DNA of 50,092 nt from a virus (lineage: Duplodnaviria; Caudoviricetes), in the IMG/VR virus record IMGVR_UViG_3300031576_000068, positions 1-50,092 of that record, one strand, 5' to 3'. Every line of letters begins with the position of its first letter. Within the stretch, counting starts at the first letter, position 1. Positions 35,948 to 45,776 of this stretch are shown piece by piece. The notes under the pieces were generated by a model. That model ran no database searches, was not told the DNA's origin, and saw only the letters and a program-made list of their open reading frames with translations. A program made the position numbers and the translations under genes.

Positions 35948-36406
35948 ATGAGTGACCTTCCGGTGAGTGTCTTGAGGCGCTTCATGTTGAAAGTGGTCAA
36001 TAATGGGAACTGCTGGGACTGGATTGGCGGCAAGATGACGCGCGGATATGGGAACTTCTCAATCGAAGGCCGACTACATGGAGCACACCGCGTCTCATGG
36101 CAGCTATTTCGCGGTCCTATACCTAGCGACCTGTGGGTTTTGCATCTTTGTGATAGGCCGCAATGTGTAAACCCGGAACACCTGTTTCTAGGCAATCATA
36201 AAAACAACATGGAAGATTGCGCCAAGAAGAAGCGTACCCGCAATGGACGCACACAATCCGATATTCGTCCATGTGGACATATTAGAAGCGCGGAAACTAC
36301 CTACGTTGCAAGCCCACGTTCAAAACATTGCTGGCCATGTCTCCGCGTTTACTGGCGCGACCGTTATTACATACGAAAAGCAGCGGTGATGAAGGAGGAG
36401 CCTTGA
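35948..36406 (+). CDS. HNH homing endonuclease with C-terminal zinc finger
   Basis: CWDWIG, GYGNF, AHRVSW, HLCDRPQCVNPEHL; PCGH...CWPC. Confidence 0.92.
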   Translation: MSDLPVSVLRRFMLKVVNNGNCWDWIGGKMTRGYGNFSIEGRLHGAHRVSWQLFRGPIPSDLWVLHLCDRPQCVNPEHLFLGNHKNNMEDCAKKKRTRNGRTQSDIRPCGHIRSAETTYVASPRSKHCWPCLRVYWRDRYYIRKAAVMKEEP

Positions 36407-36812
36407 CCGAGCCAAACTGGAAAGCCATCGCGGAGCAGGCGGTGGAGGCGCTGCGATTGTGGGTAAATAACGGGCTGCACAGCGGACCGATAACTGGGTC
36501 TAGTAGACTTGCCATCGCCGCCTACGAAGCCGCCACGCACAAGCCGGATGCGGCGGAGAGGGCGATGACCCGAATTTATGATCCGAAATACCACGCGCAC
36601 ATAAGAATGGGCGAAACTTGGAATTCATGGGGAGCGAAAATTATCCGCGAGGAGTACGCCCGCGACCTCGCCGAGCGCGACGCGAGGGACAAGGAGCGGG
36701 AGGAGGCGGTAATGCACTTTCACGACGTCGCCGGGAAGATCATCGGGCTGCGCGCGGGATCTGGATATTCGGCGGTATGTTCCCGGCTCGCCAGGGCCTT
36801 CGGGTGGGAGAA

Positions 36813-37304
36813 GTGAGCGCACTCCCCTATCAGACCACGAAAGTCCCGGTTGCGCGCACCCAGGGCGCGATCTTCGAGATGGTCCGCGCGCACGGCGCGA
36901 CGGATTTCATGTTCACGGACGTGAACGATCCGGCCAAGTCCGGCGTGATGTTCGCAGTTCTGTTCGGAAGTAACGGCCCGAAGGTGACGGTGAGGCTCGA
37001 GGCCAGGACGGACGGGATTGTCCGGGAGCTCAGGAAGAAGAGCGGATACATGAACCACGATCCGAAACACGCGACGCCCGAGCAGCGTGAGCGGGCTCAG
37101 ATGATGGCTTGGCGCGTCATGCACGACGAGGTAAAGGCCAGGCTGGTCGCGGTCCGCTACGGCGTGATCGACTTCGTGCGCGCGTTCCTCTCGGACATCG
37201 TGCAGAACGGGAACGGACCGACCCTCGGGGACGTGCTCACCGCGCAAATCGAGAAGGGTGGCGACCCGAGGCGGCTTCTTACAGCTGGAACCGAAGGGGA
37301 GTAG
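36813..37304 (+). CDS. Conserved-looking phage hypothetical protein
   Basis: GTGA overlap; YQTTKVPVARTQ...AWRVMHDEVKARL...AFLSDI. Confidence 0.7.
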   Translation: MSALPYQTTKVPVARTQGAIFEMVRAHGATDFMFTDVNDPAKSGVMFAVLFGSNGPKVTVRLEARTDGIVRELRKKSGYMNHDPKHATPEQRERAQMMAWRVMHDEVKARLVAVRYGVIDFVRAFLSDIVQNGNGPTLGDVLTAQIEKGGDPRRLLTAGTEGE

Positions 37305-37351
37305 GCGACGGCGCGAATCACGGCATCATTATGACTTCCCCCCTGCCGTCG

Positions 37352-37395
37352 CCACGATGTAGCCACAACAGGACCACGACGTACCCACGAAGGCA
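37352..37395. repeat. Four 11-bp phased direct repeats upstream of replication gene
   Basis: CCACGATGTAG CCACAACAGGA CCACGACGTAC CCACGAAGGCA. Confidence 0.6.
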
Positions 37396-37440
37396 CGGCC
37401 GGCGGCGCGTAGGTGTGGCCGGAGACAGGGGAGGGGGAGG

Positions 37441-38370
37441 GTGGCGCGACAGCGGACGCTGAATCCGGGTTTCTTCGTGAACGAGCAGCTCGCGGCGTTG
37501 GCACCTCACGCCCGGCTACTCTTTGCCGGGCTGTGGACGATTGCCGACCGGGAGGGGAGACTTCGGGACAGGCCGGCGGTGATCCACGGGGCGCTTTTCC
37601 CACACGAACCAGACGTTGATGTTGATGATCTGCTTGATCGGTTAGCAAAATCAGGTTTCATAGCCCGATACTCTGACTGCTCCGCATCATATATAGAGGT
37701 GCTCGCCTGGGCAAAGTATCAGCGGCCACACCACGCGGAAGTATCCAGCAGCATTCCACCTTTTATCCGACCAAAGGTAGGGCGTGGCCCGGTAAAAGGT
37801 AGGGCCGAGCCCGGTAAAAGGCTGTCGCCAACCCGCCTTGATCCGGAATCCGGATCCCTTGATCCGGATACGGAAGAATCAAGATCAAAACCCTTGTCAC
37901 CGGCGCCAGAGAACGGCGCCAGTGACCCTCTCCCTTCGCCCCACGATTGGCTCGAGGCCTGGAACACCACGGCGAAGGCCGGAGGGCTCCGCATGGCCAG
38001 AGCCATGACCGAAACGCGCCGTCGCCTCATCGCGGTCCGCCTCCACGAGCACCCGGACCTCGCGTGGTGGCAGGCCGTCTTCGATCGTCTCGCGCGCTCG
38101 CGATTCGCCCGCGGGGAGAACGACCGCGGCTGGAGCGCCGGGATCGACTTTATGCTCAGGCCGAACACTGCGTTGCGAATTCTCGAAGGCGAGTTCGACG
38201 GCCCAGGAGGCGCCGGCGTGAATGGCGGTGACTCCCGTGGCGCCGGCGCTCGCTCCGAAGCGGCACGGGTCTTCCGCGAGCAGGACGAGGCCCGAGAGAA
38301 CGCGGTGAGCGAGGAGGAGCGGAAAGAGGCAATGGCGAAACTGCGTGGTGTGATCGGCGACACGAGTTGA
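37441..38370 (+). CDS. Replication initiator (replisome organiser-type)
   Basis: MARQRTLNPGFF...ARLLFAGLWTIADREGR N-terminal; WNT...FARGENDRGWSAGIDFMLR C-terminal; low-complexity linker with repeats. Confidence 0.85.
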   Translation: MARQRTLNPGFFVNEQLAALAPHARLLFAGLWTIADREGRLRDRPAVIHGALFPHEPDVDVDDLLDRLAKSGFIARYSDCSASYIEVLAWAKYQRPHHAEVSSSIPPFIRPKVGRGPVKGRAEPGKRLSPTRLDPESGSLDPDTEESRSKPLSPAPENGASDPLPSPHDWLEAWNTTAKAGGLRMARAMTETRRRLIAVRLHEHPDLAWWQAVFDRLARSRFARGENDRGWSAGIDFMLRPNTALRILEGEFDGPGGAGVNGGDSRGAGARSEAARVFREQDEARENAVSEEERKEAMAKLRGVIGDTS

Positions 38371-38448
38371 CCGCGGTCTGGCATGGATCGCCGTCTCTTG
38401 AAGTAGCCGAAAGAGCAAGCGAATTCGGAAACTGTAGCGGGTGGAAGC

Positions 38449-38817
38449 ATGGAAGTCGTCATCGCCGGCCGCACCGTTCACTTGCCCGACCATGTCTCGA
38501 CCGAGGCCGGCACGGTCTGCCCGCTCTCGGGGATCGAACGCGGCCTGTGCGAGCAGTGGGTGCGGCTGGTGTACCGGGCCCGGGGGACCGAGGCGGTGGA
38601 CGATCCGGGTGAGGACGAGGAGCGGCTGTCCTGGGGGCCGAACTGGATCCCTGCCTGGGCCGTCGACCAGATCGCAGCCGACGCGCTGGCGGTGGACGCG
38701 CTCGAGCAGGTGGCCGAGCACAAGCGCCGGACCGCGAATGACCTCGAGCGTCTGCTCGGCGAGGCGGGGGACGTGCTGGCGAGCGTGTATGGCGGGGGAG
38801 TGTTGTGGGGGCCGTGA
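38449..38817 (+). CDS. Hypothetical protein
   Basis: 122 aa following the initiator. Confidence 0.5.
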   Translation: MEVVIAGRTVHLPDHVSTEAGTVCPLSGIERGLCEQWVRLVYRARGTEAVDDPGEDEERLSWGPNWIPAWAVDQIAADALAVDALEQVAEHKRRTANDLERLLGEAGDVLASVYGGGVLWGP

Positions 38818-39105
38818 GGAGGAGGGCGTGAACGAACCCAATCTAACCTGCGCCGAGGAATTGAAGCGCGAGCGACTTCTTGAAGAACGCGATGCTCTCG
38901 ATGATCACTTTTCCGACCCATACGATGAGATGGACAATTTTTTTTGCTTGGTTCGGGAATTGAAGGAGGCTGTCGAGGCTATGTTCTGCGAGGAATGTCG
39001 GGAGGATCATTTTCAACGGCATCGCGATCGGAAAGCGGATGCTCGCTTGGTAGCATTGGGCCAGGCACTCGGCAAGATGTTTCCCGGACGAAATGCGAGT
39101 GGGCA

Positions 39106-39429
39106 GTGAGCGCCAAACCACGCGAGACGGAGCGCGACTTCCAGCGCGCGGTGATCGAGCTCGCGCGGCTGCTCAAATGGCGTGTGGCCCACTTCCGCCA
39201 GGCCAGGACCGCGAAGGGCTGGCGCACGCCGGTCGAGGCGGACGGGGCCGGGTTCCCGGACCTCGTTCTCCTTCGCCGCGAGCGCCAGGTAGTCGCCGAG
39301 CTCAAGGCCGACCGCGGGGTGATTCGGCCAGAGCAGCGGGAGTGGATCGAGGCGTTCAAGGCGGCGGGGGTGGAGGCGCACGTCTGGAGGCCTGAAAATT
39401 GGAGCGAGGTCGAATCGTGCCTGCGATAG
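39106..39429 (+). CDS. VRR-NUC family nuclease (Holliday junction resolvase-like)
   Basis: TERDFQRAV, GFPDL, AELK, PEQREW, VWRP. Confidence 0.9.
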   Translation: MSAKPRETERDFQRAVIELARLLKWRVAHFRQARTAKGWRTPVEADGAGFPDLVLLRRERQVVAELKADRGVIRPEQREWIEAFKAAGVEAHVWRPENWSEVESCLR

Positions 39430-39755
39430 GCGAACGGAACCGCACGTCGCGAACGGAGAGCGGGCTAGGTTCGTGGATCGGTGCCGGCGAATAGCGAGAC
39501 AGCGGGGGAACAGGAGTAACTCAATGCCAGTCGGCGTTTTCAGAATCGCCCTCGCGAGAAGGCATCTCAGGCGAACGGAAACCGGGTCAGGACGGCCCAT
39601 GCGCGCATGCGCACGCGCGTAGCAAGCGGCGTGCCAAGAGGGGATCGACGGATGGGCCACTGCGATCCGATTCCGCTGCGCCACGATCTCGAGCTGGACG
39701 GCTGAAAAATGCAAGACACTGAGGTGGCTCAAGCGGATCGGGAGGGGGTGAGGCG

Positions 39756-40172
39756 ATGAGTAGATTCAGGAATCCGGAGTGTTCGGGACTTGATGTGAGC
39801 GCTGTCAGTATTGTCACTGATCTGCGCCGGGCCGGATTTGATACGGCAAGGTCGTGCTCTTGGCGCGTTGGGGAGTTCTATGTGGCGATAGAGCCTGACG
39901 AGGGAGAGGAACTTTCCGAACTGCATGAGCGGTTTCTGCGCTATGCGCTGGCGCAGAAGGAGCTATGGCAGTGCTTCAACGTCAGCGAGTGCACGTTCTA
40001 CTGGGACCCCGACAAATACAACTGCAAGTATCTCGTGGTGCAGGTCGGCGGCGCAGCTCCGTTTGCCGGGCACAGGTGCGAGAAGAAGGTGGAGACATTT
40101 TCCTTCCATGAGTTCGAGCGTTCAACCGGTCTTCTGGCCTGGCTCAGAGATCACAGTATGAACAGGAGATGA
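39756..40172 (+). CDS. Hypothetical protein
   Basis: 138 aa, GAGG RBS. Confidence 0.55.
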   Translation: MSRFRNPECSGLDVSAVSIVTDLRRAGFDTARSCSWRVGEFYVAIEPDEGEELSELHERFLRYALAQKELWQCFNVSECTFYWDPDKYNCKYLVVQVGGAAPFAGHRCEKKVETFSFHEFERSTGLLAWLRDHSMNRR

Positions 40173-40403
40173 CATGGCGCGAAGCAGGTTCCGGCAGATC
40201 CTGAAGTCCGAGCAGACGCTGACCTTCGGCTGGCGCGATCGGCTGCGGATCCTCTGGTCTGGGCGTCTGCATGTTGAGCACTTCTTCGGTTGCGAGCATA
40301 AGCCCGGGAGGGTGCAGAGCGCCCCGATGAAGTGGGCGGTGTTGCCGCGACATGAGGCGTCGCGTCCGCGACAAACCGCGTCGCAACCGGAGGAGGGGGC
40401 GGG

Positions 40404-40811
40404 ATGATGTTCCACTCCGTCTCCCACGCCATGGGCCGCTACTACCGGCTCATGCGCGCCCTCTCGTCGGCCCGCGGTCTGTCTCTTGAGCCCCGTGAGA
40501 TTGACTCGGGCCGAGACACGGGAACGCTTGAGCGGCGGGTCGTGGTGGCCATGACCATCGCCCGGTGCATGAAGCCGCTCTACCAGGCCGAGCGGTTCGT
40601 GCTGGACGCCCTCTACGGCCGTGGCTGGGCCCTGCGGGACCTCCAGGACGCGGTGCGGGAGGCACAGAGGCGGCGTGCCGCGCACGAGCGGTTGAACGGG
40701 TTGCACGGCGCGCCCCTGGTGCGCGGGCTCGAGGAGCTGATCCGGATGCGCCGGCGGGCGGAGCGCAAGGTGGAGCGGGAGCTTGAGCGGCGTGGCCTGC
40801 TCGAGGACTGA
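40404..40811 (+). CDS. Putative late-gene regulator (Q/RinA-like position)
   Basis: Basic helical 135 aa just before packaging genes; function inferred mainly from position. Confidence 0.4.
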   Translation: MMFHSVSHAMGRYYRLMRALSSARGLSLEPREIDSGRDTGTLERRVVVAMTIARCMKPLYQAERFVLDALYGRGWALRDLQDAVREAQRRRAAHERLNGLHGAPLVRGLEELIRMRRRAERKVERELERRGLLED

Positions 40812-40830
40812 GGGGAATGTGGGGGGAGCG

Positions 40831-41052
40831 ATGGGGGAAGAATTCATCCGGCTATCGGTCGCGGCTCGCCGTTTGGACATTACGGCCTGGCACCTGCTTA
40901 GGCTCGCGCGCGCCGGATGGTTTCAGCTCGAAGATCGCAGGCGTGTCTGGTCTCGGCGCCCGAAGTGGTTCGTGAGGCGGGCCGACGTCGAGAAGTACGC
41001 GGCGATGGAGCAGCGTTCCACGTGCAACAATAAAGCCGCAGGAAGCACATAA
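40831..41052 (+). CDS. Excisionase/MerR-like HTH protein
   Basis: IRLSVAARRLDITAWHLLRLARAG...WFVRRADVEKY. Confidence 0.7.
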   Translation: MGEEFIRLSVAARRLDITAWHLLRLARAGWFQLEDRRRVWSRRPKWFVRRADVEKYAAMEQRSTCNNKAAGST

Positions 41053-41161
41053 GTCACAATAGCAGCATTTAGCACCTTGAGTCCCGAAACGGCTTGATCT
41101 TCCCGAACGAAAACGTCACGAATAGCGCAACCTCGACGAATTGTTGCCGGGGTCCATGGCA

Positions 41162-41207
41162 CGGACACGAAAGCCCTCGTCGCCAGCGGGGGCTTTTCGT
41201 TTGTCCG
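41162..41207 (+). terminator. Hairpin plus U tract upstream of terminase small subunit
   Basis: CGAAAGCCCTCG-loop-CGGGGGCTTTTCG, extended by CGGACA/TGTCCG. Confidence 0.6.
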
Positions 41208-41226
41208 CGAGAGGTGGTGGTGGATC

Positions 41227-41871
41227 GTGGCCACGCGCAAGAGGACGAGCGGATCGGGCACGCGCAAGCCAGGGCAGACCTACGTCGACCGAAACGGCGT
41301 GAGCTACGAGTACCGGCTCGCCGACGCCGATCGGTGCAATGGATGGAATCCAAGCGAGCAACGCCACTGCCGTTGCCGGCCCGGGTACAGGACGGATCAT
41401 CCCGGTGAGGGACGCTGCTACCGGCACAAGGGCCGCGAGCCACAGCACGGACGGCGATCGGATCGGTTGAAAGGATCCAAGTCGCTCAAGCAGCGGGCCT
41501 CGCGCTACGCGGCCCATGAGGGTCTGGGGAAAGCGGCGACTGCAGCGCTTTATGATCCGGAGCTGCTCAAGGTCCTCGACGAAGTGGCCTTTGCCCAGGC
41601 GGCGGTTCAGGCGTGGGTCGAGGAGCACAGGAAGGATGTGCCCGACAGCGCATTCACGAAGCAGATGTTCGGTCTATTCGATTCTCTCGTCAGGCTCAAG
41701 GAGGCGGGCCATCGGATCGCGGAAGCGTGGACCGATCGGAGAGCGGTCGCGTTCATGGACTACCTGCGCCAGGTCATCCGGGATTCCCTCGACCGTCACT
41801 TTGCGGGGCACCCGGCGATCCCGAAAGTGCTGCTCGAGATCGCGGAGGAAGCCGAGAGGTTCAAGGTTTGA
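41227..41871 (+). CDS. Terminase small subunit (putative)
   Basis: Immediately before TerL; N-terminal C...CRC...GRCYRHKG...HGR Cys/His motif. Confidence 0.7.
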   Translation: MATRKRTSGSGTRKPGQTYVDRNGVSYEYRLADADRCNGWNPSEQRHCRCRPGYRTDHPGEGRCYRHKGREPQHGRRSDRLKGSKSLKQRASRYAAHEGLGKAATAALYDPELLKVLDEVAFAQAAVQAWVEEHRKDVPDSAFTKQMFGLFDSLVRLKEAGHRIAEAWTDRRAVAFMDYLRQVIRDSLDRHFAGHPAIPKVLLEIAEEAERFKV

Positions 41872-43577
41872 GGGGCACCGGCTCGGGCGTTGCGTGGATT
41901 CAGAACTTCAACGCGCGCACACCACAGGAGTCCTTCGCGCGGGGCCTACGCGAAGATGCGGAGCGGCTGAACCGACTCGAGGTGAACAGGGCGCCGATCG
42001 ACGAGATCGCCTACGCGACCGAGCATCACCTTGACGCGCTCACGCGCCGCCCACTGCGCTTCGACGATCGGCCGTACCTGCGGGGCATCTATGCGGACGG
42101 GGCACTGGCCCAGGTAATCAAGAAGTCGGTGCAGTCGTGCCTCACGGAGCGGTTCCTGGTCCACGCGCTCATTCGGGCCGGCGAGCAGGGATACTCGGTC
42201 CTGTACGTCCTGCCCTCGCAGATGGCGAGATCGACGTTCGTCCCGAACCGGGTGGACCGCCTGTTCTCGATCGCCCCGCACTACCGGGAGCTGGCGAGGA
42301 ACGCCATCGGGCACGCAGAGAGCGTGGCGCTTAAGCACTTCGGCGTCGGGACAATCAAGTTCGTCGGATCGAATTCGCAGGACGAGTTCGTGGAGTTCCC
42401 CGCGGACTCCCTGATCGTGGACGAATACGATCGCTGCAACCTCGAGAACCTGCTCCTCGCACCCGACCGGCTCACGGCATCGCTTCTCAAGGAGGACATC
42501 CGCTTCTCGACGCCAAGCATCGAGGGGTACGGGATCGACCGGGCCTACGGCGAGAGCGACGCGAAGCGGTGGATGGTCAGGTGCGGTAGATGCGGCTTGG
42601 CCCAGGCGATCGACTGGTTTCAGAACGTGGTGAGAGAGGTGGAGAGTGGACAGTTCGCGCTGCGCGACCGCCACTGGGATCCGGAAGGATCGGCCGACGC
42701 CAGCGCGAACTGCCTTGCCTGCGAGGCGCCGATCGACCGGCTCGGCCCAGGGGAATGGGTCGCCGAGTATCCGAACCGCGACGTGTCCGGCTACCACGTC
42801 TCGAAGATGATCGCCCCGGTCGCGAAGGCGGGGGAGCGGCAAATCGCGACGTTATGGGCGAAGTTCCAGAAGGGCCAGTCGGATCTCAGCGTCTATCAGG
42901 TGTTCATGAATTCAGACCTCGGGCTGGCCTGGACGGCCCCGGGTGCGAAGCTCACGGAGGCACTGCTCGCCGCGTGCGCAGACGAAGCACATCACCTGCT
43001 TCCACAGGCGGTCGGCTGCGCGATGGGCGTGGACGTGGGGAAAGTCTTCCACGTCGAGATCACGGACAACCTAACTCAGTGCGGCCCCCGCGTGGTCTGG
43101 GCAGGAACCGTTCAGGACGACGAGGAACTCTCGCGCCTCATGCGCGCCTACGACGTCCGGTGCTGCGTCGTGGACGCGGCGCCGGAGACACACCTGGTCA
43201 AGAAGTTCCAAGCCAGGCACCCGGGGCGGGTCTTCCTCGCGCGCTACGACGCGAACCGGATCGGCGAGCCGCTGATCAACACGGACGATGGGATAGTGTC
43301 CTACGATCGGACGCAATCCCTGGACGCTTCTCACGCCGAGTTGCTCGAGCGCGGGGTCATTCTCCCCGCTGAGTTCAGAACCATCGACGGCGGCGAGTTC
43401 GTCCGACAGATGTGCGCCCCGGCCCGGGTGTTTGAGGAATCGCGCGGACGTTACGTCTGGATCGAGGGCTCGGAACCCGATCACTACCGGCACGCACATA
43501 ACTACAACTGGATCGCCCGGGATCTGCGCCACCGCGGGTTCGGCGGCCGCAGGTGGGGCGCGATGGTGGTCGGATGA
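41868..43577 (+). CDS. Terminase large subunit, lambda GpA-like
   Basis: KKSVQSCLTE (KSAQ-like Walker A), IVDEYD Walker B, FSTPS, CGRC and CLAC, MGVDVG and VVDA nuclease motifs, PDHYRHA. Confidence 0.92.
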   Translation: MRGTGSGVAWIQNFNARTPQESFARGLREDAERLNRLEVNRAPIDEIAYATEHHLDALTRRPLRFDDRPYLRGIYADGALAQVIKKSVQSCLTERFLVHALIRAGEQGYSVLYVLPSQMARSTFVPNRVDRLFSIAPHYRELARNAIGHAESVALKHFGVGTIKFVGSNSQDEFVEFPADSLIVDEYDRCNLENLLLAPDRLTASLLKEDIRFSTPSIEGYGIDRAYGESDAKRWMVRCGRCGLAQAIDWFQNVVREVESGQFALRDRHWDPEGSADASANCLACEAPIDRLGPGEWVAEYPNRDVSGYHVSKMIAPVAKAGERQIATLWAKFQKGQSDLSVYQVFMNSDLGLAWTAPGAKLTEALLAACADEAHHLLPQAVGCAMGVDVGKVFHVEITDNLTQCGPRVVWAGTVQDDEELSRLMRAYDVRCCVVDAAPETHLVKKFQARHPGRVFLARYDANRIGEPLINTDDGIVSYDRTQSLDASHAELLERGVILPAEFRTIDGGEFVRQMCAPARVFEESRGRYVWIEGSEPDHYRHAHNYNWIARDLRHRGFGGRRWGAMVVG

Positions 43578-45766
43578 GCATTATGTCGCGGATCATTGAC
43601 GCCGCCCGCGTTGGGCTGCGTGACGACCGTAGCCTCGATGGCGCGGGTGCATTCGGCCATGCCATGGCCTCGGTTGGAACCGGGATCCAGATCAGGAAGT
43701 ATTTCGAAAACTGGTCCTACGCCGACTCGTTCCGCCGTGCGATTGATCTGCATGGAGGTGCGACAGGCCAGAACGTCACGGACCCTTATCGGCAGTCTGG
43801 CCCGTACAAGCGCGGCGTGGACGCCGTGGCGAAGGCCGTCCGTTCCGTCCCTTGGCGACTGTTCCCGGCTGGAGATAGTGAGAAAGAAGTCACGAACGGC
43901 CGCGTCTGGGATCTGTTCCGTGCGCCGAACCCTACGATGAGTCGGCTACAACTGTTCGTAGGCACGGTCGTCCACCTCTACCGTGATGGCGAGGCGGTGT
44001 GGGCCTACGACAAGATGAGCGGAGGAGTTCCCGGTGAGGTCTGGCTTCTCAACCCGAGATGGTTGACACCGAAGACACGGGAATCTGATGGGCTACTTCA
44101 GGCATGGGAATACAGGAACCCGCGGATGAGGCGCGCGATCACGTATCCCGTCGAGGAAACGACGCACTTCAAGAACTACAACCCGGACGATCCGATCCGG
44201 GGGCTGCCCATCGTGACCGGCGGTCTCGCGGACGTCGACTTCGAGTTCTGGGCCAAGTCGCTGATGGCGAGCGTGCTCGCGCAGGGCGGCCACTTCGGCG
44301 ACGTATTTAGCACGGACAAGGACGTACCGCCCGAGACGGCGACAGCGATCATGGAGACGATCCTCGCGCGCCATGGTGGCCCCGGAAAGGCGCTCAAACC
44401 GATCATGCTGGAGAAGGGTTTCAGGCTCGAGCGCGCGCCGACATCGCCTCGGGACATGCAGTACGAGCAGCAGCAGAGATTCAGCCGAGAGGAGACGGCC
44501 GGAAACACGGGCGTCCCTCCGCTCTACATGGGGATCCTCGAGTTCGCCAACTACGCGAACGCCCGCGTACAGGAGCGGATCTTCTGGACCAACACGGTGA
44601 TACCGTTGCTCGACGACGTGACAGACTCGCTGGGCTCGAGCTTCTTCGCGCGCTTCGCTCCCGACATCGTGGGCATGTTCGACACGAGCGGCGTCACGGC
44701 GATGAAGGACGCGTTCGGAGAGAAGGTACTGTGGGTCCAGATCCTGGAGGCCGCAGGATGGCCCATCAACGCGATAAGCAAACTGCTCGATCTGGGCTTT
44801 GACCCGGTGCCATGGGGCGACGACAAACTCGTGCCGTTCTCGATGGTGCCTGCGCGGTTGGCTGTAGGCCAGACTCTGGATGACGTGGGCGGCAGCGGCT
44901 CACCGGCACAACCGCGCGCGATCGGTACGTCCACCCATGCGTGGCCCAGCATCGTCCGCGCGTCGAGGCGGGACGCGTCTGACGATGCGCGCTTCGCCGG
45001 GTCGCTCCTTGCGAGCGAAGAGCGCCGCACTGTCCACTGGCGAGGCTTCGTACAGACCCTTGCACCGATCGAGAATCAGTTCGGCAAGCGCCTGCGCGTA
45101 TACTTCACCGATCAGCGGCGCGAGGTCCTGAATAACCTGGCCAACTCTGAGAAGCGCGGTCGAGGGCTGCGCAAGCAGGACACCGACAGCGAGATCGACA
45201 GCATCCTGTTCGACCTTGAGGACGGGACGACACGGCTTCGGCTACTGGCGCGGCCGTTCCTCGCGACCGCGATGGAGACTGGTGCCGGGCAGATCCTGGC
45301 AGATCTCGATGTAGACCCGTTTGACATCGACGATTCCAGGGCGCAGGCCGCCATCTCCACTCGTCTACAGAAAGTGACACGGATCAACGAGACAACTCGC
45401 GATGGACTGCGAGAGGCGCTGCGCGAGGGGCTCACCGCGGGGGAGTCGATATCAGATCTTGCGGCACGCGTGCGCGGCGTCTTCGAAGCGTCCTCAGCGC
45501 GGAGCAGGATGATTGCCAGGACCGAGATCGCCGGCGCCGCGAACGAGGGGAAGCTCGTGGCCGCGCAGGAAGCAGGGCTCGAGCGACACGAGTGGCTCTC
45601 GGCACGGGACGACGCTGTGCGCGACGATCATGTCGCCGAGGATGGGAACGTCGTGCGCGTGGGCGCACCGTTCCCGGTTACGAACCTTCTGTACCCGCTG
45701 GACTCGTCCGGACCGCCGGAGCAGGTGGTGAACTGCCGATGCACAACGATCCCAGCGTTGACGTGA
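43574..45766 (+). CDS. HK97-type portal fused to Mu gpF/SPP1 gp7-like minor head domain
   Basis: LYRDGEA, LLNP, IRGLP, GVPPLYMG, NYAN, WGD portal motifs; IARTE...HEWLSARDDAVRDDH...YP...VNCRC gpF motifs. Confidence 0.92.
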   Translation: MSIMSRIIDAARVGLRDDRSLDGAGAFGHAMASVGTGIQIRKYFENWSYADSFRRAIDLHGGATGQNVTDPYRQSGPYKRGVDAVAKAVRSVPWRLFPAGDSEKEVTNGRVWDLFRAPNPTMSRLQLFVGTVVHLYRDGEAVWAYDKMSGGVPGEVWLLNPRWLTPKTRESDGLLQAWEYRNPRMRRAITYPVEETTHFKNYNPDDPIRGLPIVTGGLADVDFEFWAKSLMASVLAQGGHFGDVFSTDKDVPPETATAIMETILARHGGPGKALKPIMLEKGFRLERAPTSPRDMQYEQQQRFSREETAGNTGVPPLYMGILEFANYANARVQERIFWTNTVIPLLDDVTDSLGSSFFARFAPDIVGMFDTSGVTAMKDAFGEKVLWVQILEAAGWPINAISKLLDLGFDPVPWGDDKLVPFSMVPARLAVGQTLDDVGGSGSPAQPRAIGTSTHAWPSIVRASRRDASDDARFAGSLLASEERRTVHWRGFVQTLAPIENQFGKRLRVYFTDQRREVLNNLANSEKRGRGLRKQDTDSEIDSILFDLEDGTTRLRLLARPFLATAMETGAGQILADLDVDPFDIDDSRAQAAISTRLQKVTRINETTRDGLREALREGLTAGESISDLAARVRGVFEASSARSRMIARTEIAGAANEGKLVAAQEAGLERHEWLSARDDAVRDDHVAEDGNVVRVGAPFPVTNLLYPLDSSGPPEQVVNCRCTTIPALT

Positions 45767-45776
45767 GGAGAGTCTG

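Noticed and set aside
39523-39751. Amber read-through ORF (MPVGVF...RA*QAAC...)
   Set aside because: No recognisable motif, no suppressor tRNA, and TAG ends many clear genes here, so no recoding is supported
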